Part shown: piece after piece, positions 27,301 through 40,809 of the stretch | How positions within the stretch are numbered: the stretch's first letter is position 1 | How the letters are laid out: each line of letters starts with the position of its first letter | From: Takakia lepidozioides | Lineage: Eukaryota; Plantae; Bryophyta | DNA length: 64,000 nucleotides | Assembly: GCA_030704615.1 (NCBI GenBank) | Contig: CM060731.1 | Location: 43,028,001-43,092,000 of the forward strand | Reading direction: 5' to 3' | Position numbers and translations under genes: made by a program | The notes under the pieces: model-generated | Told to the model about the DNA's origin: nothing | Database searches by the model: none | Seen by the model: only the letters and a program-made list of their open reading frames with translations

Positions 27301-28567
27301 AATAGCATTCCTCTGATGAGTAGCTATGTTTCCTTGACTCTCTCTGCTGCGCTCATCTGCAATGCGCTTTCTACAATCCTTGATCATGTGACCAAGTTTC
27401 TTGCAATAAAAGCATCTTACTTTGGGCTTTTTGATCTTTGAGCTAGATTGAGGTTTCTGAAACCTCTGGGACTTCTGAGACATATGTGAAGGGAGTCTTT
27501 TATTCAAGACTACTCCAGTCTTGCCTGTGAACAAAGCTCTGTCTACCTCTGTAGACGTACCTTGACCTTTTCTTCTTGTTTCCTCCTTGAGGAGAAGTCC
27601 TATGACAACATCAATAGTTAAGTTGGTTTGTCCTGCTAGGGACACCACAAAACCATCATAGGATTCAGGTAAGGTTGCCAATAACACCACTGCGGCGTGT
27701 TCATCAGTCACATTAGTTCCCACAGAGACTAGTTGATCTCGCAACACACAAAACAAATTCAAGTGTTGTTCAACTGAGTCTGACTCGGTCATCTTCAGAC
27801 CATAGAACTTCTGCGTCGCATACACTTGCGATGTGACATCCTTCGTCTCATATATGCTTGCTAGCTTATCCCAAACATCCTTAGCATTCTTAGCGCTTAT
27901 AATGAGATGCAACTGATTGTCTCTCAAGCTTGTGATGATGCTAGCTCTTGCTTTCTGATCTTTCCTATCCCATATGGCTTGGCTAACAATAGTGTCAGGT
28001 CTTGGGACTGATCCATCAACCACTCCCCATAGATCTTTGTCTAGAAGAACCATCTCCATCCTAAACTTCCAGGTTTGATAGTTAGCTCCATTGAATCGAT
28101 CTTCCACTCTCACATCTAACGCACTCGTCATAGACATAGAAGGAGGATTGCTAGAAGATGACGCTCCAGCCATAATCAAGTTATCTCAATCTCAACTACC
28201 AACTCTTACCTAGAGAAGAATGGCTCTGATACCATGTTAGAATTGAGCAAGAACTAAAGTCTTAGACTAAAGCTTAAACTGATTACTGAGAACTCTCCAC
28301 CCAACCATGGGACCACAACAAGCTGTGTCCACCCTCCGAGCTCTCCCTATTTATACTCAAAGTCTAATCCAGAATAGCTGAGATAACTATAGCATAACTC
28401 CATGCTTTTACTTAAGTTATCTCCACCTGCTATTCTGGTACAATGACTTGAGTCACTAATAACTAAAGCTAACTTTAGCTATCTTTTAGCTAACCGAGGC
28501 TTATCTCTATTGTTAACTGTGACTTGTCAGTATGTCTGGTTGTAGATATGTTTAATTACTTCCAACA
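24320..28567 (-). mobile_element. Ty1/copia LTR retrotransposon, young but defective
   Basis: 333-bp LTRs 24320-24652 and 28235-28567 (one mismatch seen), TSD TTTGG, PBS TGGTATCAGAGC (RC at 28223-28234) and PPT next to 24653. Confidence 0.97.
24700..28179 (-). pseudogene. copia gag-pol (gag, zinc knuckle, protease, integrase, partial RT, RNase H)
   Basis: CFYCKKLGHMIKDC, WYVDSGAS, HSDVCGP...RSDNGGEY...PEQNGVAER, LYVDD and DADWAGD. Stops at 26074 and 24773, and the N-terminal half of RT is deleted near 25800. Confidence 0.93.
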
Positions 28568-28932
28568 TTTGGGAAAGGAAAATGTCCACATTTGTAGACT
28601 GCAAGAAGGACTTGGCAAGGAGGATGCAAAAGTCAAATCTCCTCTGTGTTGAGATTCCAGATTCCTGAATCGTTGCCTTCTCCCATACGGCAAAATCCCG
28701 ATCGGATAGGGCTACTTGAAAGTCAGGAGCTGCACATCCATAAACGTGAGTCGAAAGCTTTCCCACCTGTGTAATTTGCTCCAGCTGAATTGCAAAAAAA
28801 AAATTATTGATACTTCAAGACCTAAGCCCTCACCAGCCTGCTTCAAGCAGACGCAATGCTCGTGGTGATGGTGGAATCTCTGGATGCCATCAGCCACTCT
28901 GGAAGAGAACTAGACTATCGTCTGCTGGTTTA

Positions 28933-31900
28933 TGTTGACTATCACTATTCAATAAACGTTGTTACACTACACATTCATATATAATCATACATACAATCAC
29001 TACTCAATGCTCTTAGATTCCACTCTCGTCTCATTTTTTGCATATATTGTCATACAACGTGTTCCTGCTCTGTAACTAAAAACAACCACACAGAGAACCA
29101 TTACACACTATATGTCACAGTACTTTTGGCGGGCAATTGCATAGTTCAAATCTCACTCTTCCCAGAACTAGTTCGATGTTCCCAATACTCAATACTCCCA
29201 CTCAATGAAATTGAACTATAACATCTACAGGTAATCTCCCACTTTCAATTTCACTGATGACAATTTCCCAACACATCTCTGAAACGTTTGAAGGTGTGTA
29301 CTGGAAGTGCCTTCGTGAATAAATCAGCGATCTATGAATTGGTAGGGACGTACAGAACTTTGAGCTCTCATTTCTCCTGATTTTCTCTGATGACATGATA
29401 TGCAACGTCCACATGTTTTGTCATCTTAGGATATTCAGGATTGTATGCTAGACGTATAGTACTTTGGTTGTCAAAGAACAATAGAGTAGGTTCCTGCTGC
29501 GAAACTCCAAGACCATGAAGCAGCCTTCGAGTCCAAAGAATCTCTTTTGCCGTTACAAAGGCAGCAATATACTCAGACTCTGTGGTGCTACTTGTTGTGC
29601 AGACTTGTTTTCTATTGCCCCACACAATAGGGCCCCCATTGAGTAACAACACATAGCCAGATCTGGATTTGCGATCATCAAGATCGTTAGCATAATCTGC
29701 ATCACAAAAGGCTACCAAAGTGTTGATATGTGATGTTGGACCATAGTATATAGTCATGTGCGGTGTGCCAATCAAGTACTTCAAGATTCTCTTCAGAGCC
29801 ATGCAGTGTATCTGTGTCGGATTGGCAGAAAATTTGGCTGCATTATTGACAGCATATGAAATGTCGGGTCTCGTGCACATAGCAAGATATGCTAAACTGC
29901 CCACCAACTCTTTGTAGGGAAATGAAGTTGTACGTTCATCATCTGTACTCGTGGAAAAAGATACCAGATGGCTCGCCGGATCAGTTGGCACGGAGACTGG
30001 ATTTGCATCAACAAGTCTGAAGTCTGAAATGATCTTTTGGACGTATTTGTCTTGGTCAATAGAAATCTGGCGATGAATCCGATTTCTAACCAAATAAAGC
30101 CCTACATAGACTTCAGGATCATTCTTGGTGATAGTGAAAGCTTCACCCATGTAATCAAGAACATCTGTCACTTCTGTGTTTTGACACTGCAGGCAAGACC
30201 ATCATCGACAAAGATAGTGAGTATCAAATGTGTGCTTTTGCTACTAAAAATAAACACAAGGATCAGCGTCACTTGCTGTGAGATCGTATTTAGTCAAGAA
30301 AGAGTCGAATTTCTTGTTCCACCTATCTATCGAAGGCCATAGATAGACTTTTTGAGTCGACACACTTGCTTAGGGGCTGTCGGATTTGTGAAGCCTAAAG
30401 GCTGATCCATGAAGATTTCCTCTGCTAAATCTCCATGGAGAAAAGCAGTTTTAACATCAAATTGGGTGATGTCCATGTCTTGTACGGCTGCAATTGACAA
30501 AACAGTTCGTATGGAATCATATCTCACTACAGGTGAGAAAGTCTCTGAGAAGTCGATACTAGCCCTCTGCGTAAATCCTTTAGCAACAAGTCTTGCTTTG
30601 TATCGTGAGATGGATCCATCAGCGGCTAATTTTAGCTTGAAAACCCATTTGCACTTGATTGTGTTCCGATCTGTAGGAAGATCACAAAGCTCCCATGTTT
30701 GATTTTGGATTAGAGAATGAAATTCTTCCTCCATAGCTTTGATCCATTCAGCATGATGAGGGGAATTGATGGCTGTCCAGTAATTAGCAGGCTCTGGTGG
30801 TAATGGGAGTGCAGCGATAGTTGTTGTGCAAGCATAACTACTCCGATTAGTTGGATATATCCAGTCGCCGAATCTGGTGGGAGGCACTGATCTGGAACGA
30901 GGAGGAATCGTCGTTGGTACTGATGTTGTGTGATCAAATGTGTCAGCATCATCAGATGTCACAATTGGTGTTGCAGGAACCTGCAATATATGGGCAAGAC
31001 TTGCTGGAGGAGTATGTACCGTCACTTGGACGGACTCTGGAATCTGTAATATATGGGCAGGAGCAGGAGGTGTAGGACTTGCAGGAGGAATATGTACTGT
31101 CACTTGGACCAATTCTTGTTGCCCATTGGTACTAGGAGGAAAATCCTGAAACAAACGAGCATATGTAGCCTCGTCATGATTTGCTTCCTCAGAGTCACCG
31201 TAAGTATGTTCATCAAATAGAACGTCGCGGCTCTCTATGACTTTCTTGTCTGTGATATCCCAAAGACGGTAGGCTTTGCAGTGATCACTATATCCAACCA
31301 GCAAACATTTTTTGCTCTTAGCATCCAACTTGTGTCTTCGTTCTTCAGGGATATATGCAAATGTTATACAGCCAAATACTCGAATATGAGCAACTGATGC
31401 TTTGATGCCAAACCAAGCCTGATAAGGCGTTCTTCCTGGGAGTGTTCTAGTACCTGTTCTGTTGAGTACATGCACTGCACAAGCGATTGCTTCGGCCCAG
31501 AAATGAAGTGGAAGTGAGGCTGAGTGAAGCATGCTCCGAGCGGCTTCAACAATTGTGCGATTATCCCTTTCAAAAACAACATTTTGCTCTGGGCTGTACG
31601 CTGCAGTGTATTCGTGGATGATGCCTTCTTGTTCACAAAAGCGCGCAAAATCATGACTCATGTCAGTTCGTATGGTAAGGACTTTGTTTCCTGTATCTCT
31701 GAAGGTGTGGCGTACTACTCTCTTAAAACAAGAAAGAGCCTCTGATTTGTGTTGAGCAAAGAAAATGAAGCAGTAACCGGAGTGATCATCCTTGAAAATG
31801 ATATAATATCAAGATTTGCCAAGAGAAGGAACTGGCAGCGGTCCACAAATGTCACTATGAAAAAGCATGCCAGGCTTGGCTACTCTAGTACGAGAAATGT

Positions 31901-33930
31901 TGAAAGGAAACGACGTCCTATGCTATTTGCCGTAGACACAACCATGACAAACCTCTATGATGGAACTTGGATCTGTACTCTTAATCACTTCTACTAAGTC
32001 CTCATTGACCATATGTTTTATCATGCCATGATTAAGATGACCCAGGCGATGATGCCAAAGCTTTAGACTTTGTACAGTGTCAGAATTGGGAAAGACTCCT
32101 ACTTCTGTAACAAGATGGCTCATCGTTGCAGTAATGGTAACAAAGTTGAGTTTCCATAGACCTCCATGCAAATAACCACTAAGAACGATCTGACTGTGCT
32201 GATGAAAATAGACATCTGTGCTTGTATACGTAACTGAAATACCTGGTTTAGAGACAGCTCGGAGTATAGAGAAGAGATTTCTCTTGAGTCCCGGACAATA
32301 AAGAACATCCACTAAGACAGCTCGTTCTTCTGTGCCATTGTTGTTGACTATGATATCAATATCACCGCGTCCTGTGACATAGCCATCTGCAAAAGCAGCC
32401 TCAACGGGCCATTGTCCTTTGGCTATAGGAGTAAACTTGGTAAACCACTCTCTACGGCAGGTCATGTGATGAGTTGCACCGCTATCTGTAAACCAGTCAG
32501 TGAGATGACTCTCACCAAAACAAGTTATGGTCCATGTTGTGGGACTGGTAGTACTCTGTGAAGACTGACCAATGTTCTGAAATTGTTTGGGCGGGTCAGG
32601 GCATTCTTTGGCCCAGTGACCTTCCGTACCACAATTGTTGCAACATGTAATCTTCTTGCGCACTGCAATCATAATAGATCTTTCTTGACATTGCTCGTAG
32701 GTAAGCGGTGGCTGCCAAGCAGTATGGGTTGGAGGTGGCCCTCTCCATGCAACGTTCAGTTGCCAATTACTCCCACTGTTTGAAACAGTTGCAGGTTTCC
32801 ACTGATTTGAATAAGATCCAGATGGTTGCCGTTGCCATTGAATAGGAAAACTCCCACTGCTTCCAACTGGTTGCTGATGCGTTTGTGATTTGACAGTTGT
32901 GGTCGCAGTTGGCTTGGTATAGAATGCTCGGGTGTCTGTAGAAGTTTGCTGCTCCCTTCGTCTGTTTAACTTGGTTTCTTCTTTTAGCAACCTCAAAGTA
33001 AGATTATCAAGATTGCGTTGCTCCCCAGTAACGTTATCCCAAGCTGTGAGGAGATTGTCATATTCTGGTGGTAGATTGCAAATAAGTTTAGTCATGACTG
33101 CGCTGTCATCAAAAGCAGTATCTAGATCTTTAAGTTGACAGACTATGGTGTCTATTTCACCAAGGAAAGAAGCCATATCTTGTCCTGGAGACATTTTGCA
33201 TTCATAAAATTGTTGTTGTAAATGATAAATGTCCTCAGTGGACTTCTGCTCATGGATAAGAATCAAGCGTGACCAAATCTAAGCTGAGGTTCTGCAATTC
33301 AACAATTGGACGAAAAGCTTATCATCAATCGTCTGCGTCAAAACACTTCTGGCCTGCATATCTTTGCGGTGCCAAGCAACAGCGTCGGCTGCTTCTGCTA
33401 ACGGTTCAAGGCATGTGACAATATCCATGAAGTCTCGACCAGACATGACTGATTCCATTTGATACTTCCATATCTGAAAGTTGTGGCCATTGAACTTTTT
33501 GACATTACAAAAATCTTTGTTATCCATGTTTGGTACTGCAAAACAAAAACAAAGAAAAACATACGTCTCTCTGACTAAACTGACTACAAGCAATGAACAA
33601 ACAAACTCTCAACAGATTCTTTGTTCGCAGCGGATAACTAGCATGAAGATAAGGCCCATAACCTATTGACTATCACTATTCAATAAACGTTGTTACACTA
33701 CACATTCATGTCTAATCATACATACAATCACTACTCAATGCTCTTACTTAGATTCCACTCTCGTCTCATTTTCTGCATATATTGTGATACACCGTGTTCC
33801 TGCCCTGTAACTAAAAACAACCACACAGAGAACCATTACACACTGTATGTTATAGTACTTTTGGCGGGCAATTGCATAGTTCAAATCTCACTATTCCCAA
33901 GAACTAGTTCGCTGTTCCCAATACTCAATA
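28933..33930 (-). mobile_element. Ty1/copia LTR retrotransposon with half-tRNA(iMet) PBS, older
   Basis: LTRs 28933-29194 and 33664-33930 (~12 substitutions plus 2 indels by eye), TSD GTTTA, PBS GGTTATGGGCC (RC at 33653-33663) and PPT at 29195. Confidence 0.95.
29200..33527 (-). pseudogene. copia gag-pol, multiply interrupted
   Basis: KFNGHNFQIWK, CNNCGTEGHWAKEC, WFTDSGAT, KARLVAKG, DVKTAFLHG and DADYANDLDDRKS, split by stops across ORFs 33279-33593, 31923-33266, 30327-31661 and 29368-30171. Confidence 0.92.
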
Positions 33931-34548
33931 GTTTACTGCTGTAGGTATTGTTATGAAACAGTCTGCGACAGAAACCAGACCACACGCGACAAGGGAGCGC
34001 AGAAGAGAACGGGGAACCTCAATCGGGAACAGTTCGAATCGATCCCGGGAGCGCCACCCGGGCTGATGGGAGCCGTGGGCGGGAAACCGTGATTGCAAGC
34101 GCTGGGCGCGACTTTTTGATTTTGTTCTCGGCCAGCCCGCCAGACAATTGGCACGATCCAACCCGTTCGACACACCCCAAGACGGATCGTGACCGTCAGT
34201 ATAGTGTGAAAGGCTCTCTTTCTCATTTCAAAAGGCTCTTGGTGCGAATGGGCAGCAGAGGTTTCTTGGTGCAGATTTGTCGCATGGCTGGGTTGTAGAT
34301 CGTCTCTTCCATCACATCCTGTCTGAGGACGCTTGCCATTTGGTTTGATGTCTTTTTTGCTTGAGCTTCTGCTTGTCGAGACATTCGCATATGGAAGGCA
34401 TTGCGCAGAGGGTTTGAAGGGATGATCGCATTGCATGTGTTTTGGGCATACATTTCTCCCTTGTTGGATTGATTAAACAGTGTTGGGATCTGCTCTTTCG
34501 CTTCGTAGCAGGAAGGGGGAGCCAGTGCATGAGTGAGTGTGGTGTAAA

Positions 34549-36754
34549 ATGTGTTTCGTACGAGGAAGCATTGTGGGGCGAGAGGGGGAGGGGTCAGGTG
34601 CTAAGGGCGACTTATGTCCTGCTGAGCTCGATGGCACCTTCCAGGCCTCGATTGACAGTCTTGGCGAGGAGTTGGTGTCAGACGAGGAAGATGATGCATC
34701 TGTGAAGCAGCCCCATTGGAAAAGATCGAAGATCCATTCAGTACGCGGTCTGAGGTCACGGGATGAAGGAAAAAGGCCTAAAGAAACCTGTATTGGAAAT
34801 GGTTGCCCACATACCGAGCAGTCTCAACAGGTAGTGGTGCAATTGAAAAGGGATGTTCATCAGAGCAAGAGCCTCGGTGCGCGGATTTGTTACAATAGTC
34901 GAGGACGAGCACAAGGGTTGGATGGAGTTAGGTGGAGGAGAAGGGATTCAGGGTGGAGAAATGATGGGCTGCCCGGCATAAAGTGTGTTGCGGGAGACGG
35001 AGGTTGTGGTAAGAGAAAGTACGAAACTTCGATGGAAATAAGGAGTTCTCTCAACAGAATCCCCCTTCTTATTCGCGGCCTGAGTACGAAGGCCACGGAA
35101 AGAGAGGTCTCTATTTTGGACTCAAGTACAGAAGCACAGGCGAGATGTAGGGTAAGTTCTTACCTTGTTGCCCTCTATATGAAATCCTGCAGTCTGTACC
35201 TATGGGCGGCTAGGTTATTTCCAGTTGATAAGCTTCTCTGACGGACCGGGGTCCCTATATTTGTCAAATTTGAAATGTGAGGTGATGTGTCTCGTGCACC
35301 TTCTTGCTCAGATAGCACCAAGACTCGTCGAGATCATTAGAACTAATCGCCCAGGACGCTCCCGGTCATTGCGTGTTGATAACGATCAGGAGAATGAAAA
35401 AAAAAATTGGGAAATACATTCAAGTTTAGCCACCGATTGTGTGGAGAGTATGGTGTGTGAGGACGGAAAAAATATTGGTCGGACTCGTTGGGCAACGAAA
35501 GAGCGAGAATTGGAGAAAGAGAACTACCTCAACGACAAGCGGGAGTCTGTTCGGACTGAGAAAGAGCAAGACTTGGAGAAGGAGAACTGCCCCGACCACA
35601 AGCGAATGTCTGTAACGGCCATAGACTACACTAGCAAGTTCACTGTGACTGCCCCCTTAAGTGAGAATTCTTTGTCTCCTGTCTCTTTGGTGATTTCAGA
35701 GCTGACGAAAATATGATCTTCATGAAAAACACAGATTCAGATAGACTGGTAGAGCATGTGGATGTAGTGGTGGAAAGGATCTCTTGGCCTTCTAATTAAT
35801 TGTTCTCTGTACCCATGTCTCTGGCAATCAACTGGCTAGGAGCTGAGCTATCTGTTGTGATGTTTGTTATGTGCTTGCCCTTGCAATTCTCTTGGAGCAA
35901 GCTTGTGGCGTCCTGCCTCAGTTGTGGAAGTTCATACATTATTTGTCATCAATGACGCAGATGTACAAGAGAAGCCAAAGGAAGAGGATTCTCATCGACT
36001 GAGCCAACGGCAGAAACAAATTGACTATGGCAAGAACACGCTTGGTTATGAACGCTATGAGAAACTTGTTCCAAGGTAATTTCTCTTGGTTCTTGGGGTC
36101 TGAACATGTACTCTTAATCTCAGGCTAGATATGTATGGTCCTTAACTTTGCAGATGGTATGCCTGGTCTCTGTGGTAGGTTAGTGTAATCTCATGCAAGA
36201 TTTGAAGGCATACTAATTTGCTAAGATCTTATCTTGTTAGTAGGTGTTGGCTTGACTGAACTGTGAAGTTAAATGTACGCAAGTCACTGGGCTGTCATGT
36301 GCTCACTCTCTACAAGAACTTTCCTGATGTTCAAAGTGGTGAGCTCACTGTGATGTCAGTGTATGAGAAGCTTCCTTATTTTCCAGGGAGGTGAGTATAC
36401 TACATCTTGTCTCCTGTGATTCATGTGCTTGTTATAACAGTAGCATGGTTTTGATTCAGGTACTCTCGAAAGAAAGGTGGCCCTCACACCCCAGACACCC
36501 GACAGGTTTGCAGCAAGCGTAGCTGGGATGGCCAGATCAGAAAGTGGCGGCGCCTGTTACATGAGTATGATCCCCCAAAAGAGGATGATGAGGAAGATCC
36601 GGACCAGCTATACATCCCTTCCATGAAGGAGCAAGAGAGCCCTAAAGCATCACCGGTAGAGGATAGTACTCTTGATATTAGGTTGGGGGTTGATAAAACC
36701 ATCAAAGATACAGACCTGCAGATTTATGATGAGTGGTCTGACATGGATTTCTGA
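34549..36754 (+). CDS. SLBP: Histone RNA hairpin (stem-loop)-binding protein SLBP homologue; exons ~34549-35151, 35312-35660, 35961-36075, 36460-36754
   Basis: Spliced translation gives the SLBP RNA-binding domain: EEDSHRLSQRQKQIDYGKNTLGYERYEKLVPRYSRKKGGPHTPDTRQVCSKRSWDGQIRKWRRLLHEYDPP, then an acidic tail. Introns are GT-AG and in phase. The start codon is uncertain. Confidence 0.88.
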
Positions 36755-38584
36755 TGTCCACAGGAATCTTGTTGGATTTTATTTCCTCAATTATTCTTTG
36801 ATGTAACAGTGTCCAGATATCTTAGATTACATTTCGTGTTGTAGTAGTGGTTACATTTGAAGCCCTTGAGCTAGTGTCATTGGAGGTGCTGCTTGTCAAC
36901 CTGTACCCAACCGTTATTAAATGGAGTGATGTGGGAACAAATTTTTTGCCAAGTGTTCATCCATGCTCACTATGGTCAAGTTGAGGTATGTGTTATTTGC
37001 TTCTTGATGTGCATTAAGCACAGGAACTTGTAAGTGCTCTGCATTTGCTTTGTCTAGCTGCCATATGGAAAATCTGACCCTGACCCTTCTATTGGGTTAT
37101 GGGTTGCTTGGGGCTACAATAGTTTGAAGGTTTCGTGTTTTATTCGTCATTTCTTGGATTTTATGCATTTTTGAGATATCTCCTGGACTGACAGAGATGT
37201 CTCAAAATCTCTCTTACTAGCAGAAGTGGACAAGAGCCCTTCTGTGACATAACTAGAAAGATAGGGTGTCGTGGTATTCTCTGTGATGGTGGACACAAAG
37301 AAATCAAAGCACAGGTTCTTCCTCTGCCAAAGCGTGGCACGGGAGAATATACTGCTCAACAATTTGGATGTGCTTCAGAAAGCTGATGGCAGCTGCCAAG
37401 CAGTGAGGGGGCAGTTTCCATACTGTCTCAGAGATGCAGCGTCTAAAGTAACCCTTGCTGGAATGGTGGGCTGCTGTTGGGCACTTCACCCCTGTTTCGG
37501 CCCACTGTGAGTTTGGCAAGAGTCAGAGATTGGAAAATCTATTCAATGCCATGTTGGCATAGTTTATGTTGGCTGTTGCAATTGAAGCTCCCCGGATGTC
37601 TGAATAAATACATAAAATGTTCAATCTGTGACAGTCCATTTACACAAGACAGATTTTAACTTAATGTAGATGTATGATTCCTTCTCTGGATGTTACCCTA
37701 TGGATATGTTATTTTTTTATTGGTGTCACCCTTCCTATGTGACACTCACAATGTGACAATTGCAAGACATCCCACCAAAAGAGTTGGTGCCTAAGACTCA
37801 CTCTGCCAATCTGTTGCACTCCCTCTACAGTTCAAAGTATGAGTAGAGGGGGATGGTTCAAGAGCAATAATCTTCAGCACTATTTAGTCCTGTGAAAGCG
37901 AGCAGATGCAGACCGAAGTTTTCGTTTGCAAGTTCTATAGGGACTCTCTCAGAAAATATCTGTAAACAAGCTGCTGCAGAAATACAACCACAATCATGGG
38001 GTTGAGTATTGTGATGCCCCAAACTTTCCTCATCACAGATTTACCTTATTCATCCAAAGCGGCGATACTCATTCATAGTATAAATTTTTGGCTTAAAATA
38101 CCGTTGAACCGTTACAAAGATATCATAGCCAGGGTTAGTTATGGATTGTGGCTGCATCGTAGCCGTTCAACAGATCTAGGGTTTTGATGTGGCACCGCGA
38201 GCTCAGCTTGACACGCCTCGCCACGCGTCAAGAAGGCATGCAGCTAGGGTTTGTATAAAGTGGCGGCCTGACCTTGTGTCAGGCAGCTGATGTACTCTGG
38301 TGTATGTAGTGGAAAGCTGTCTGAATGCGATACGTGTATGATTTTTTGTCAGTTCGCTCGTTGAGATCCTCCTCTCGTGTACATGCACGCTCCTCTTGTT
38401 CTCCACCCGTTGTTTTGAAGAGCACTTGAGAGGATAGGCAGATATTCGTCTTGCTTTTTTTATGGTGGAGGCGCGCCGAGTGTTTTTCTTGATCATTTAA
38501 ACGGCGTGCTTAGGTTAAGATTAAGAGCTCCTCGGTGTTTTATAAAGATGGCGGCAGCCCGCCACCCTGCAGTGTATTTGCTTA

Positions 38585-39754
38585 GTGTTGAGTTCTCTCC
38601 ATGCTTGCTCGTTAATCTTGCTTATGTTTCAGACTACGGCATCTCATGTGTCGATTACTAGAAGTGATGTTAATCGTGAAGGAGAGCGCTTGCATGTAGA
38701 GCTTGATCTGGTCATTTCACTTTCCGCTTCATCTGCTAACCCTCCTTCTTCCAGCACGCCGCCTGGCACTCTTGCCTTGCTGGTGTTGCCGGTGCGTGGA
38801 GATATTGCTGTTGATTCAGGTCTTGTTGCCCGCTTGAATTCACCTAGTCCTAGTGAAGAAGCTAATTTAGCTACAGCCGAAGCTTGGTCGCCAAGCACTG
38901 CGAGGTCCGGTTCATTGGATAGCTGTGATCCAAAGTATTACAATTTTGATAACTATCATGATCCAGGGCCCGATTACGTCTATCCCAGAGAACAGGAGCG
39001 AGAATTTGAGAGGGACATAGCTCGTTCACAGGAGTATGATGCTACAGTGTGTAACTTACTTTCTGTTGATAAATTCTGGTTTGACAAGATAGAGATTGCG
39101 GTGCAACGGGACATATCCTACTTCACTGAGAGTTGAGTTTCGGCGCCCAGACGACCTGACTCTGACCCAACGGTGATCGCTGCGAACTCTCTCTCTACGA
39201 CAAGGCAAGTTGTGGCTTCGAGGAACACTGCTCGTCTGTCTCGTGATGTGGTCAAGTCCCGTTTCTTGAATCATCAAGCTCTGTCGTGGAAAGAACTGGG
39301 GCTTCATCTTCCTTTATCTATTGAACGTGTTCACCGTGATTGGCTGGTTTCCTCCTTTGTCGAGCCATCTTGGCTGTCGTTAGCTCTCCGAGGTACGGGC
39401 TCTCTCGTTCTACGTCTTCTTCGTTTTCATCACGAGCCCAGCAAGGGTCTGCCACCATCGATCGACCTGCTTCAAGGACTGTCGTCGGATAGTCTGTTTG
39501 GCCGAGCTTCCGACATTGTCATTTTGCCAGGGACTTTATTTGACGATCAACGGCTTGTCAGACCTGAGATGCTTGAAAATCTTGATCGCTTTCCTGTTGA
39601 TTCAGTGCTATCTCGCATCTGGGAGAAGGAGAACTCTACCTGTGTGTCCATTTGGGTTAAGACTACGAGCACGTGGAAATGGTGGGCGCTCTCCATGCAC
39701 GATTCTGACTCTCACGACATCACCAAGGTGATCTCCTGTTCGACTTGGCCTTGA
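38585..39754 (+). other. Unidentified ~390-codon frame (one internal TGA at 39134-39136) inside the gypsy-like element
   Basis: ORFs 38585-39136 and 39173-39754 are in the same frame. No recognisable domain. Confidence 0.45.
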
Positions 39755-40809
39755 ATTAAGGACGATCGTGGTATTGCGGGCTGCTGTAGCGGATTGCTAC
39801 CCATCCCTGCTCGCTGACTTTGGCTTAATCAGAACTCTTGTTGGTATTCGTTGCTTCTAGGTTATCTCTCTACTATTCCTATATCTTGACATAGTTTAAT
39901 CAGAACAAAATATTTTCTTGTTCGTGTTTGGACTCGTTGCTTCCTGTTGTATGGTAAGAAACACTATTAATACTTGGTTGAGGTCTGGGAGGCAACGTGT
40001 TTTGATGGATGCTCCCAATCTGGCCACAACGGAATCAGCCCCTGTCGAGGTCAGAGAGCCGGGTCTTCCATCACCTACAGGTAATTTGAGGGACAATCCG
40101 CGAATGCAACATGGGATGGTAAGTCTAGATGAGGGATCGCCTCTACCAGAGGCCAGTCTCTATACTGATTTATCTTGTGAAGATGGTATTGTTTCCCAAG
40201 AATTAGATGATGTTCAGGTGACGCCCGCTGGTCTCACAAAGATAGTGCAATTTGAAGTTCCAAGGGTCACTATGTTGCCTGGCAATGGGCCTGTGGTGCC
40301 AAGTGTAGCTGGTACTGGTAATTTTGTTACTAATGAGGGCCTGTCCGCAGCTGCTGATCAGCTAGCCTCTACTCGACATATGACCATGATGCCTGGCCTG
40401 TCTCAAGTTACAGGAGCCAGTTCTTTGGGTGGTATTTCCAGGCATGCCATCCATTCCCCTTCTTTAGACCCGATTGCTAGTGGTGTATGCAATGCAAATG
40501 TGCAAGTCCCAGTGGGAAGGGCTAATGTGAGCGGTATGTCAGCCCCGTCAAATGCTCGTGTCAACGTAGGAACTGCTGCTGGTTTGCCTGTTTCTATGGT
40601 GCATGTTCCTAATCCCGCTCTTGGGGGAGGAATTGGTGTGTCTGTGACTTATGGATTGTCTGTTGGCATGAATACTGCTTGTTCTAGCTCTAGTGTAGGC
40701 GGTCAGTCAGCCTAGCAATTGGGAAGGCCACCCATTCCCACCATGAGTGGAGTGGCTCCAAACCAAGCAGCCATGGTCAGTCAAGCTGTTCAGTCAAGGC
40801 CTGTGTTTC

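Noticed and set aside
33990-34120. tRNA or Pol III RNA (GTTCGAATC B-box-like, ...GCGCCA, T-run)
   Set aside because: No cloverleaf or A-box could be built, and there are no RNase P/MRP, SRP or U7 hallmark motifs.
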